64,000 bases of DNA, from contig OX597819.1 of assembly GCA_951406725.2 (NCBI GenBank), positions 118,482,001-118,546,000 of the forward strand. Reading direction: 5' to 3'. Shown one piece after another: positions 28,988 to 41,800 of this stretch (its first letter is position 1; every line of letters starts with the position of its first letter). The position numbers and the translations under genes were made by a program. Under the pieces are notes generated by a model. The model ran no database searches. It had not been told where the DNA came from and saw only the letters and a program-made list of their open reading frames with translations. Source of the stretch: Octopus vulgaris (taxonomy: Eukaryota).

Positions 28988-29156
28988 CACAATGGGACAC
29001 AATATAGGAGAACTACACAAGAATATACCCATACACACTAACATAAGATGCTCAATCTTCTAACAGACATAAACAGTTACCAATATACACAAGTATACTT
29101 GTATATTTATATATATATGTGTATATATATATTTTTTTTCTAGTTTCAGCTAATAC

Positions 29157-29198
<42 letters not shown>

Positions 29199-30368
29199 GT
29201 GTGCGTGCATGCCTGTGTGTTTGTATTCATTTAGGTATTGATACACACATACACATACACACACACCACTTACTTTTATTCGAAATGAATCAATAGACCT
29301 TTGAACCACTCTTATGCTACAATCTCATTATAATTATGTATTCGGAATTCGTATATAGTGGCTGTTTATTCTCAACTCTATATATTGATTTATCGTACAG
29401 TGTAGCCTATATTCTCATGTACGTCCAATCTATACCTATGTAGTAATAATGCTTAGACGCTTGTATTCTTTAACGTTTGTAGCTCAATATGACTTACTTT
29501 TACAATCAGATTTTACCAGAGACCTAATTACCTTGCAGCTACTTCCACAAAATTTGAATATGTTAAACTCGTTTTAGTTATCTATATTCATTGTGTGTAG
29601 AATATGCCCCTCATCTGATTACAAGTAATGCAATGTTTCTGAATAATCCTGTACGAGGGTTCGAGTGGCTTTGTGGATAATGCTGAAGGGTAGGATCGGC
29701 GTTGCAGTCACGGTTCTCAGATGTGCCTGTTTCCCAATAATTTCCTCCTGACCCTAATTTTCTTTCTTTTTTTTTTTGTATTCTTTGAAATATTTGCCTT
29801 TCAAGGATCTGTGAGCCTCATCTTGTCATTTTAATACGATATTGGACAAAGTCTGATGTAACTCTTTGTATGGATTTGTTTAAGTCAATCAAAACCATTA
29901 AAGCTATTTCTGCAGCAATTGTCTGCGAAAATTAAATGAGTTTAAACTGAAGCTGGTGAAAAAAAGATAATCGTCATACGATGTCGAAGGGGAGAGATTT
30001 CTTTTACGTGTATTTTAAATGCGTCCGTGCACGTTAAGACGTTAAATGCATTCAGTCCAGGATTTGACTGAGAAAAACTTGTCTATACATTATGACAAGC
30101 CCCAACACTCACTAGAAAATAAAAGAATGTGTACATCACGTCTAATGCACACAACAACACAAATAAACGCACACAAACCCACACATATACGTATGTATGT
30201 ATAAATACGTAAAATGTAATTTTTCTATAAATCTGTTAAGTTAATTTTAAGCATATAACACAAGAGAATAATAAATTCACAGTATGATTATTGAGGATGA
30301 GGTACATGTTAATTTTTCGGTATGAATTTATTGTTCATACATGCATGATGTCCAAAACCATTGCTGTG

Positions 30369-30477
<109 letters not shown>

Positions 30478-31508
30478 ACATATATATATACATATATATA
30501 TATGTGTGTGTGTATCTATATCTATATATATATGTGTGTGTACATATATATGCATATATGTATAGATGTATATATGTATGTGTGTGTGTATATATATATA
30601 AATTTATATTTAAATGCATACACACACACACACACATATATACATATGAATTCATATATATATATATATGTATACATGCATACACACACACACACATATA
30701 TATAAATGTATTTATGGGCACGTTTGGGTATTTACATGCATAAAATGAACGAAAGAGAGTGAGAAAGAATGTATATATTTGCGGTTCCTTAACGAATGAA
30801 GTGTATTTCTATAAGCTAATATAAGTTTATAAATATTTATCAAATTTTCAAAGGTTAAATTTATAATATACAAGTCAAATAATTGATGTGAGATTTTCAT
30901 AAGCAATTTAATACACAGGAAGCCACTTTTATTATCAATATTGTGATGGTAGAATAAGAGAATAGTTTTCATTTTCTAGCTTCTTGTTTATATGTGTTTA
31001 AATTTGATTGTGAACAGAAGCCTAAAATATGTCTTACGATTTCTCACTGAAAATTGCTTGATTGTGTCAAAATAAAAATGATAAAAAGCAGCGTACTTTC
31101 ATAGTCGTTCGTTCTTCTGTAAAGTGCTTTTCAGAATTTCTACCGGGCATTTGTATTCTGGCGTCGTTGGATCGTTTCTGTTGCTGACACAGCAACAGAA
31201 AATATTCGCTAATCGAATCCGTGTCAAATATTGTGTACTGATGTGTGTATGTATAGAAGTATATATGCATGTGTGTGTGCATATTGTTACAGTGAATCAG
31301 TTTCTCTTTTCTCGGGAAAAGTGTATTTATAATGTTCCACTTATCTTAAATTAGTGTCTTAGCAAGTATCAATTCAATTTTTATCTTTATAATATTCTTA
31401 TTAGTTTTATTATATAATTAATATAAACTTTATAGCGAGCTTTCTTTTCAGGTACATGGCGCTGATGTCCCTCATTCCTTGCTCTCATGGACCCACACCT
31501 CCCACAAT

Positions 31509-31679
31509 CTCAGAGCTGGCACATTCAACATGAACACGCTGAAAGGTAGGTCTGGTGAGACTGTTGAGATACTTGAATGGAGACATGTAGATTTGTGCTG
31601 CCTTCAAGAAGTAAGGTAGAGAGGAGGTTCCGCTAGGTTCCTCACTAGCAAAGAACGCAAGTACAAGAATTTCTAGGCA
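31509..31679 (+). pseudogene. RTE-clade LINE apurinic endonuclease N-terminal fragment
   Basis: LRAGTFNMNTLKGRSGETVEILEWRHVDLCCLQEVR*RGGSARFLTSKERKYK matches APE motifs GTWNV.TL and D.CCLQE.RW; in-frame stops. Confidence 0.85.
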
Positions 31680-31730
31680 GTAGTTTTTTTATGTTTACTT
31701 AAATTAATAACTAATAAATTAATAGTTTAT

Positions 31731-31881
31731 AAACAACTGCAGCGTGAAAGGTACTTATAAGTCATTTAAAACACACAAAAACCGTTAGGTTCAGTTCAAT
31801 ATTTAAATTTACATGTTGAAGTGAATCTAACGGTTATTGTGTTTTTAATGGCTTATATACACCTTTCACACTGCTGTTGTT
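31731..31881. repeat. Long imperfect foldback (about 70-bp arms)
   Basis: AAACAACTGCAGCGTGAAAGGT...AACCGTTAGGTTCAGTTCAATAT pairs with ATGTTGAAGTGAATCTAACGGTT...ACCTTTCACACTGCTGTTGTTT. Confidence 0.85.
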
Positions 31882-33288
31882 TTTATTTCAGCACACGATC
31901 TCAGGTCAGGTCACTTGCTATGCAAGTACATCCCAGTAACATTTCATAAAATTTTTAAATTTTGGATCATTTTAGCCCACCGAATGTCACAAAAAATTGG
32001 TGTCAGTTTCCATAGTAAACCGACACGAAGTTGTCATCTTACTACAGACCCTATGAATATTTATTTTTAATCTATTTTCTTTGATACGTACATTCTGAAC
32101 TTTCGGTTTTGAAGTTTGGGTACAAAAGCTATATATTAACTATTTACGTAAACTGAGCACTTACTGCACTATAACAGACTATTTTTCTGAGTTTGTTTCC
32201 CCAAAAATAAAAGCAATCATTGACGATTTTTCATATTTAAATTCTTTATCATGCTTTTTCAGCTACCTGTTTTCCATTATTTCATCAGACATAAAATATA
32301 GGTATTTTTTGTTGCTGTAAAAGACTTTAAAATTTAAAAATTAATTGCTGTCCCAGTCATTGAAATTCTGAAGTTAAGAAAAAACTTATCACCTTTGTTA
32401 TATCGCTATAATTTATTGCCCTGAATCTGATTTTGTTATTCACTTATTAGAGAAGTATAATAGAAAATTGTTCCCATTATTATGTTATTAATTGATTAAC
32501 CTCAGGTTAGTCACTATTCAGACCTATCCTAAACCATAATCCTAAACCTGAACCACAACTCTAATCCCTAACTTAAAACATAAACCGTAATTGTTAATTC
32601 AAATCCCCTAACCCAAACTTTAAACCTTAACTTACAGTTTCTTTGTTTCGTAGTATTTAGTAAAAAATATTCGTTGAGGATATGTGCCTGTTTTTTAAAT
32701 ACTTCCATGGCTGGTCGACCGCTTCACACTACATTATCCATTAAGCTTTATTAAAACTTTAGAATTCCATACAATATACGTCGTAATGATTTATTGCCAT
32801 TTTATTTAATAAAAATTCGTCGATTTAATGTTTTGCTTTCGTTTACTATGATGCAGAAAATGCCAGCTCCTAAATTTTTTTTTCCTGACTGGGTAAAAAT
32901 GATGAAACTTCAAATCGGTGTAACATCTTTCTAAAATTTTTCATGAAGATATGAATAACAAAAGTTTTTTCGGCGTGCAACTTTACATAAGTATACTAAA
33001 TTAGAAGTTTAACTTAATTTTAAAATTTCAAGAACTGTGAACTCAACCGGAAAGATCTCCGTAGTCAACTTCTTTATTCGCTCCTTTTGGATAACTTGTT
33101 ACGTATTGGAGTCGATTTTCTTCTAATATTCTCGTTAAAATCGCTACTCTTGTACCCAAATTAGACATTAATCATTCCAAACATGAGTGTATGCGAAGTT
33201 CAACATCTTTTGTTACCTTTGTGAACTTTAGCCTTTATCCCTCTGGCATCAGTAAAATTAAACTATAAAGAAAATACTGAGGTAAATA

Positions 33289-34506
33289 TTGGGTTGTCCG
33301 GAAAGTTCGTGCCGATTTTTAAAGGAAAGAAAATGGTCAAGAAATACCATTACATTTTTAATCTACCAAATATGAACCATTTATTTGCACAATGACTCTC
33401 CATCTTTCCTTTAACTTGAAAATACCCTCTTCCCACAATCGAGGTGGTTTCATGGCAAATAATTCATCAAGTTATCTTTTTACGTCATCCAAGTAATTGA
33501 AATTTTTACTATTAAAGCTATATTGTAGACATCTGAATAAGTGGAAATCCAAAGGAGCAATATCTGGTGAATATGGAGGGTGGGGTAACACATCCCAGCC
33601 GAGCTGCAGCCATTTTTGTCTGGTTCCCCAAGAAACGTGCTGTCTGGCATTATCATGTTGGAAAATAACACCCTTCCTATTGGTAAATTTTGGAGCTTTC
33701 TCTTGAATTGCTGCTATTAAGCTCGTCCCGTTGTGTACAGTATTTCTCAGAATTAATTTCTGGTTAATTAAGTTACAATTAAGTTAAACTTGGGAGAAGC
33801 TCATAGTACAGAATTCCTTTCCCATCCCACTAGACACAAAGCAGGAGTGTTTTAGGGTGAAGACCCGCTTTTGAGGTGGCTAAGGGTGGCACATTTCGCT
33901 TACTCCAGGATCGCTTTCTCTGAACATTTCAGTAGATAATCCATTTTTCCTCACCTGTAACAATTTGCTTGGAAATGCGCTCCAAAATGTTCTTCTCATT
34001 CAACTCATGTGGTACCCAAACATCGTAGCGATTTGTGTACCGAAGCTTTAGCAGATGCTCACGAACGACGGATTTTGATAGGTTGAGGCTTTCTGCTAAT
34101 TCTCGGAGTGTGCAATATGGGATATTATCTGTATTGGATGGTTTGCTTGATCGCTCCTTATCAATAAGGCTATAATCTCCAGCTCGAAAGCTTGCGAAGC
34201 ACTTCCGTACAGTTCTTTCGGATAAAGAATCATCACCGTAAACTGCGCATATTTCTTTGGTTGCTTGTGGGGCATTTTTCCCTTTACAGAAATAGAAGAG
34301 CATCAAGTGACGAAAATGAACTTTCTTATCTTCCATTTCAAAGGGTTACAGAATTAACACAGGATATAGGAACATAAACCCTCTTCCACAAAAAATAGCT
34401 CAAGCTGTGCTCTAAATGGAGGGTGTTATCAAATCCTATTTTTTGTATTCAACCATGTTCTAAAATAAGCTACTATAAATCGACACGAACTTTCCGGACA
34501 ACCCAA
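33289..34506 (-). mobile_element. Full-length mariner (Tc1/mariner, DD34D) element, mellifera-subfamily-like
   Basis: 30-bp TIRs TTGGGTTGTCCGGAAAGTTCGTGYCGATTT (1 mismatch), TA duplicated on both sides, 1218 bp. Confidence 0.95.
33350..34336 (-). pseudogene. Mariner transposase pseudogene
   Basis: MEDKKVHFRHLMLFYFCKGKNA..., WVPHEL, IVTGEEKWIIY, then out-of-frame WDGKGILYYELLP, HDNARQH and HPPYSPDIAPLDFHLF; deletions and frameshifts. Confidence 0.93.
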
Positions 34507-36102
34507 TATTATCGACTAATACCGTCTTCTAAAAATTTTTATCATGGTGCCTAAATTAGATTTAACACCATGATATTTCGCTTGGCTGCAAATTACATAA
34601 AAGAGGATTGAAAAAATAACAGAGTTTATATAAATAGTAAATCAATTTAATCTATTAAATATCAAGTGGACTGTACCTGTAACTACATAATTAAGTATTA
34701 TGGTATATTTAATAGAATAAAAAGTAAGCCCACCATTAAAAGAAAATATAACCGATTGCACTTTGGAGCTAAATTATTTCGCTTTTCCCATTTAGGTAAT
34801 ACAATTTATCGAAAACATATAAGGTCTGAATCTAAAATCATAACAGACATCTCTATTAGTTTCGAATCAAAAATTTCATAAACTGCAAGTGATTTTGCCA
34901 AATAGTGTAATTGAGAAACATAAACACACTCTTAACTTGTTAAATTAATTACTAAATTTACATATAGCAAGAATACTTAGGTATGCGTCTTAATTTATAA
35001 TGACTGATTTTATTTATACTGAAACGTTCTAAGAATTTTAAGGAAGTGCACGTGGAATATTAACCTACAAGTAACCGGTAGTGTATACATAGTAACGCAT
35101 CTAGAATTAAGATTTGTAGCTCCATGATATACTCAACGATTCAGAATCTTTCTGTAAAGAATCCTCGGGCAAACTTGATTCTTAAAACCACACAAATTAT
35201 ATGTTGATATATGCTGAAATGAGTGATTTTTCAGCATATATCTGTATATACGTATATATCAGCATATATATGTACTGAAATGAGTACAATTTTTCTCAAA
35301 ACGTGAAGCGACGTATTCAATCATTAAATAATTTCATGGTGGTGCAAACGCCTCAAAATCCTATCACAAGCACTTTTATATATCCACATAGATAATAGAG
35401 ATATTTTCAAGTGAGTTAATATTTAAATGCATAAAAGTAAACTTTTTTCTGTCAGATACGCTTTATAGATAAGCTAACAGGTCTGTGTTGATATATTTAC
35501 GGAAAGTCTAGCAGATTGAGTGAAAATGTGACTTGGGTGCTATGTCATCTGAGAAGGCAGATAGTGAAACCAATTAAAGCGAGGTATTACTATTCGGGGT
35601 TTCTTAAGAAGTTGTCGGTTCAAAGTGTGATAGGAAATGATATTGACGAACAGTAAATGAAGTTATCTATGTAAAAAATTCATCAGTAACGATAGAATAC
35701 ATTTGCAGAAGATACCAAATCCTTTATTTTCAGGAACATTTCTGGCTATCTTGAAATATAAATAATGTAAAGAGTATAAGCAGGGTGTTGTCCACGCATG
35801 AAGGTTTTGCTTTTCCATCGGTATTGGAAGAAGGAAGAAAGACAAATATGAGTTCTTTGTGGGCGCTGAATGAACGAACAGAAAGAGATTATTTGCTCTA
35901 CGTGTTTATCGTCTTCATATTTCAAAAAAAAAAAAAAGACAAGGATTATTCCTCAGCGTATTCTCATTAATCGACTAATGGAAAATGGCAAAAACAATAC
36001 GAAGAGGAACTTCTAGATTAGGGTTCAAATCATAGCTTAGAAAGCTGATCGTTGTTCGCAGCATATATATATATGATTAAACCTCGCTAAGTTAAATATT
36101 TA

Positions 36103-36171
36103 AACCACCTGAAGAATGACTGTAACTCGAAATTTTTACGAATTGGACAGCCATGAAACGATCGTAGTGTT
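36103..36171 (+). ncRNA. Type I hammerhead ribozyme motif
   Basis: Stem I AACCAC/GTGTT, core CTGAAGA (36109-36115), stem II ATGACTGT/ACAGCCAT (7 of 8 pairs), GAAA (36155-36158), palindromic stem III ACGATCGT, GTA cleavage triplet. Confidence 0.8.
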
Positions 36172-36296
36172 ATACTAATTATCTTTTTTAATAATTTTGA
36201 TATATATTTAATAATATAAATTAATTAATCTTATGTATTGGCTTAAGTTTTCCATTGTATGATTTGCCTAATAGTGGTTTTATCTCTAATTTAATA

Positions 36297-36339
<43 letters not shown>

Positions 36340-36342
36340 CGT

Positions 36343-36376
<34 letters not shown>

Positions 36377-36563
36377 ATGCTGAGAGTGTGTGTAAGCGCA
36401 TAAATGCAAAACAAGGTGGAAGCATAGTATTCGAATACCGAAGGCAGAGTAATAAGCGACTATCCGACAAACGGGACAGGAAAGTCAGTTATTGTGATGA
36501 TTTTGCAGCTTATTATAATGTTTTATAAACACACGCACACACAAACACATACTCACATACACA

Positions 36564-36607
<44 letters not shown>

Positions 36608-36624
36608 TTTATATATATATAGGG

Positions 36625-36931
36625 AAGGCGCCTGGCTTAGTTGATATGCTATTCGACACACGATCGTAGGGCTCTGAGTTCAATTCCCGGCGACGGGTTG
36701 TGTTCTTGAACAAGACACTTTATTTTAGATTGCTCCAGTCCACTCAGCGGTCAAAAATGAGTAGTAACTGTATTTCTAAGGGTCAGCCTTTTCGCACTCT
36801 CTGTCACGCTGAATCTTCATGAGAAATTCTTTAAGGGTAAACTTGGAGTGCTCAGCCACTTGCACGTTAATTTCACGAGCAAGCAATTCCCCTGATCGCA
36901 TTAGCTGGGACGCTCAACGGTGTAACCGACT
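36625..36931 (+). mobile_element. SINE family C variant, diverged
   Basis: Collinear with 24083-24412. Confidence 0.85.
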
Positions 36932-36938
36932 GCGCGCT

Positions 36939-37004
<66 letters not shown>

Positions 37005-37157
37005 AAGGTAACTCATTTAGCAAAGGGAAAATATGGGTTCGAATTTCATGTGAAAATATTTCCTTTTTCTGATGAGGGTTTATATGCCCCTTTATTAGAC
37101 TATTTCTCAGTTATTGCACGATGATCACCATAAATTTTAAGCTTATATAAACTTACC

Positions 37158-37205
<48 letters not shown>

Positions 37206-37221
37206 ATATCTATATACATAT

Positions 37222-37271
<50 letters not shown>

Positions 37272-37456
37272 TATATACAAAGATATATTTACCACATTCG
37301 TGTACATTCGGGCATAGAATGTCCTTTAACTCCCGAAACAATCTCAGGAGAAATTTTCCTCCTTTAAACAAATCCGTCAATGTCATCATTAGGACCGACA
37401 TCTCATCTGCTTTTGCGTTGAATGCATATCTCTGTGTATGCATAATAAATAAGTAA

Positions 37457-37522
<66 letters not shown>

Positions 37523-38412
37523 CGTAGATTATTTATAAAGAAGATGCCGTATTTCCCGTATTATGAAGGGGAATCAAAAGTTTGCATAATAAAAGAAAAA
37601 GGATATTTGTAAGTCTCTTGTTCGAAGAATTAAGGTTTTAAAATTCCTCCCCAGAAATGAATAGATATATATACGTAATGTATAAGGAAAAACAACACCC
37701 CTATTTATTGGACTTCGTTCAAACCCAACAATCCTCGCATCGATTGTAATTCACACTTCACGACCTCAATGATTCCCTAGAATAATCAATATAAATGAGA
37801 TATACAATGTAGAAATATATTTTTCTTTAGAATGATGAGAAAACCATAACTGGGAAAGAGTAAAAACAGCAATAAACGAGTAAATACAACGGAATACGAT
37901 ATATTATTAATTATAGTGATAACACAGCAAGAAACAAAGATTAAATTCAGTCTAGGGTAAATGCCCAACGAGTTTTATAGGCACTGAATAACGAAGTAGA
38001 ATAACATATGCGACATACATACAGAGAAATATAATTATGAATCTTATATATGGATATAAGCATATATGTATATATATATAAACATTCATCATACATATGC
38101 AAATATGTATATGCGCACATAGAAACATTTGTAGATTAGATTTACACTTGTACCAGATAGTATTAATTCTTTCAGTACAAGTATATTTACTCAAGCAAAG
38201 AAAAAAGCGGATTCACAACCGCGCATATGCAGATAATTCTGCATATGCGGAGCTGTGATACATAGTTTTATTACATATATATTTAATGCTTAATGAATTT
38301 AGTATCGCCTTTCGTTTCTCCAACCTAGCAAGTGGGCCATACTATAATGCAAAGAATAGAAATGCCTTGTGAGTTAATATCGTAAATGGAAATTTTTAAA
38401 CACTATTTATAC

Positions 38413-38630
38413 TAGAGAGTGTTGAAATATTCCTGGGTGTGGTTAAAATAAAATGCAATCGGATTCGTTAGCTATGGCTCTGTTCAACATATTCCTCTCT
38501 CAGATACACTCATTTATTGTAGCGGTCCTTCAGTTTTTCCTACGCCCCGTGAAAGAGCTTGAAATGTTGAGCCTCCAGCCACGCTTTCATCGATACCCTT
38601 AAAGTCAGGATCTTTTCCGCACCGCCTCAT
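38413..38630 (-). mobile_element. Old mariner-derived MITE
   Basis: Degenerate TIRs (GAGAGTGTTGAAATATTCCTGG / TCAGGATCTTTTCCGCACCGCCTC); interior minus-strand LKDRYNK*VYLREEYVE resembles a transposase C-terminus. Confidence 0.6.
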
Positions 38631-38855
38631 GCACACAAGCATAGAGAGAGAGAAATATAGATAGATACATAAGCATGTTTATGTGTGTGTGTGTCTGTGT
38701 GTGTGCGTGCTATATGGCATGTCTTTTTATGTCTGCTCTGTACCTGTGTTTCACCTACCCGCATTCCTTAATGTGTATCTTTAAGTATAAAAATATGATT
38801 GGTAAGCATTCGAGAAAGATTTGAAAGAACATAGATACAATAAAATATCAACTTA

Positions 38856-38985
38856 GTGAGGTCGACTTTGCATTTCATACGTTCGGGGTCGATAAATTAT
38901 GTACCAGTTGCTTACTGGTGTCAATCTAATCGACTGGGTCCCTCCCACAAAATTTCGGGTCTTAGCCCTAGAGCAGAAAAGAATA
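38856..38985 (+). mobile_element. SINE family B 3' fragment
   Basis: GAGGTCGACTTTGC...GGGGTCGATAAATT...CCCACAAAATTTCGGG. Confidence 0.8.
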
Positions 38986-39447
38986 TTAGCTCACGGAACA
39001 TGTACATTAATCTGCATTATAGTGCAAATATTTCTACTTATTCTGTATCCCCACATTCTACACCTCTAAAATTTGCTATGTACTTCATTACATAATCCTT
39101 TTAATTGAGTTCGACGCATTTATTAATTACCTGATTAATTTCTCGACATACGTGTGCCATAATTACTGTCAGTCGCCATGTTCACCACATGTAATCGTAA
39201 CTCCATAAAAGTGAGCATTCTGTTCTAATTCTGGAGTAGTGATGCTTCGGCAAAATCATATTACAATTAATACTGCGGCTCACTTTGGTGTAGTGAAAAT
39301 GAAAACTAAAATCTACCCCATCTTAAATCTATTATCGTGAGATCTCTGTCTCCACTTTTACTCGACATAAGTGAATTTCGTTGTACTAGGCATTTCTTAA
39401 GTGTCACGATTAGGTTGGTTCCTTACTAATTATTTCTTCGTTTGCAG

Positions 39448-39498
39448 ACGACCCCACCCTGACGCTGTTACACTCGCAGCTATCAGAAGACACGCCTG
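39448..39498 (+). CDS. Candidate 51-nt phase 1-1 coding exon (xDPTLTLLHSQLSEDTP)
   Basis: Branch-point match TACTAAT, polypyrimidine tract TTTCTTCGTTTGCAG, donor CTG|GTACGA, open frame, length divisible by 3, repeat-free flanks. Confidence 0.5.
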
Positions 39499-40046
39499 GT
39501 ACGATTTCACATCTTATACTCAGACAAAATTCTGTTTTATATCACTGATCCTTTGAAACGTTATGTAACCTATATTCCTGAACACTGTATTAAATATCAT
39601 TATAATTCTAAATCTACATATTTATACACCATTCTGCATCATCTCATTTAATATTCATAACCTAATTGACGTCAATTTACTATATGAATAATACTATGCG
39701 TTTATTTTCATAATTGTTCAGAGTAAACCTTATTACTATCTCCCTTATTACTAACTGGCTGTTTCATTTGTTTATCTATAATATCTTACTAACACGTCTC
39801 GGAGTTATTAATCGTTATTAATATATGAATTTAACCACATTTCATATTTTTGTTGCGACCTAGACCAAGTATTAAAATATATTATGCTTTAAAAAGTACG
39901 TAGGATTACATATATGCTTATACATGTAGGTTGAGACAATTCGAAGATAACATCCTCTATCATTTATCGGCAATCATTTAATCCCATTATTGTATTAAGT
40001 TCCTGGCAATGTCTATTTATCTGATAAACTTATAACTAAATTATCC

Positions 40047-40087
<41 letters not shown>

Positions 40088-40323
40088 CGTCTGTAGCTGC
40101 CGGTCAAGTAGTGTGGAGCGACTGACCTCCCTTGTTCGAAGGTTATATGGATACAGTTTGTGTATCAAATAGCTAACTTAAGGCGATGGCCTCATGGAGC
40201 TAATAAGCGGACAGCTTTTTTCTTATTTTTATAAGAATGCCATATTAGTATGGCGATAACTATTATTTTCCGGGAACGCTGCCGCTGTTCTCTTTTAGAG
40301 AGACTTAGTTATTTTAATATTTC

Positions 40324-40382
<59 letters not shown>

Positions 40383-40612
40383 TATAATTCGTAGAAACCC
40401 TCTTATATATTTCTAATGTAAGGCACACGTAATATTTTTGTAGCAAATCCTGTTACTGACGATAAAATAATTATTTTATTCATTCATTAAAATATCACTG
40501 TCAAAATAATGAATCTTACATCCGCTTCCCTGAAAAACATTCGGTTTCTTTTATCACAATAAATAAGCGTGTATGGTGCTGACAATTCCATTATCACCTT
40601 TCTCCTGAATAG

Positions 40613-40651
40613 AGTTCGCTGGCAGTTTTGGTAATACAACCCGTTACAAAG
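40613..40651 (+). CDS. Candidate 39-nt phase 1-1 coding exon (EFAGSFGNTTRYK)
   Basis: GCTGAC branch candidate, CCTTTCTCCTGAATAG acceptor, AAG|GTAAAC donor, in frame with the upstream candidate. Confidence 0.5.
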
Positions 40652-41229
40652 GTAAACATTTGTATTGAAGGTGCAATCCTTCCCAGAGATTTTATCAGCG
40701 CATTTTTTTACCTCAATGTATAAGTCATATCATTATATTGAAAGAAGTAGACCATTACTGTCTCTGTTTGTTTGAAATTATAATTTTTAATCACAATAAT
40801 GTATTTTCGCTAATAACAAAGGGAATTGTAAGTGTGCGGATGAAAAAAAAAGATTTATTGCATTTAATATTGGCACTTTTTCTTCTCATTTCAAGTCACA
40901 ACTATGTTGAATTTACTTCATTCACTCTCTTGATTTGATAATATATACGTCCAGTCAGAAACGTACGACAAACAAACATATCGACTATACTATTTCCCAA
41001 AAGTCAGACTTTGTACATGTGCTAGAAATCAATACTACAAATCATATGCGATTGCAGCGTTGAAGACATGTTAGCCATGCAGAAACGTACAAAACCGTCA
41101 ACTTAATTTGAACATCAAATTTATAGAAGGATAAAATATTTCGACGAAGTGCTCAGATGCAGTACAACTCATTAGAAAAAGCAGCCTAGAACAGAATAAG
41201 TCATTAAAAAAGTTTATATGTACTGTTCG

Positions 41230-41800
41230 CAAATTTAAGGAAGCTGAGAAATATTGGATGATACGGTGTTCCGAGAAACAACCACTGATACAGTTAGTTA
41301 ATTCCATGCTTCAGCATTTTTCAACATGAATAAAATGTTTCCAAATGTCATGGAAATACCATGTGGAAGTACATTGGCCACATATACAGCTTAAATATAT
41401 TGCTAAACAACTGGTGACAAATGTCTTACTGTGATGCTAACACTCCTTCAGGCTTCTCGACAATTTCAGCTAAGTAGTTTGTCCAACAGAAACATATTTG
41501 ACAATACATACCAGGTTACGTTCACTAGCAGATTTCCTAAGAATGGCGTTGTCGAGTCAAAAATAGATTTTACCAGCAAACTACATGATGGTGTGTTTGT
41601 CAACAGCCAGCTTTAGTTGTTAGTCAGTTATCGAGGTCTGATAGCAGGGACGATAACTTGCGGTTAGATTTTGTTCTTTATATCAGATGGTGCTATGAAG
41701 TTTGACATGATCTGGGCCTAACTTTGGTTGAAACATATCTAAGTTTTCTAAGTAATCTCAAAGGTACAGCACAAAGTCATCAACGTAATATTCTTCAAGT
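41230..41800 (-). pseudogene. Old degraded copy of the CR1-clade LINE family seen at 63202-64000
   Basis: Minus strand aligns by eye to that copy: QLKLAVDK, KSASERNL (versus KSTCERDLG), EIVEKPEGVLAS, KTFV, AIYLSC and AEAWN; YVDD upstream. Confidence 0.8.
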
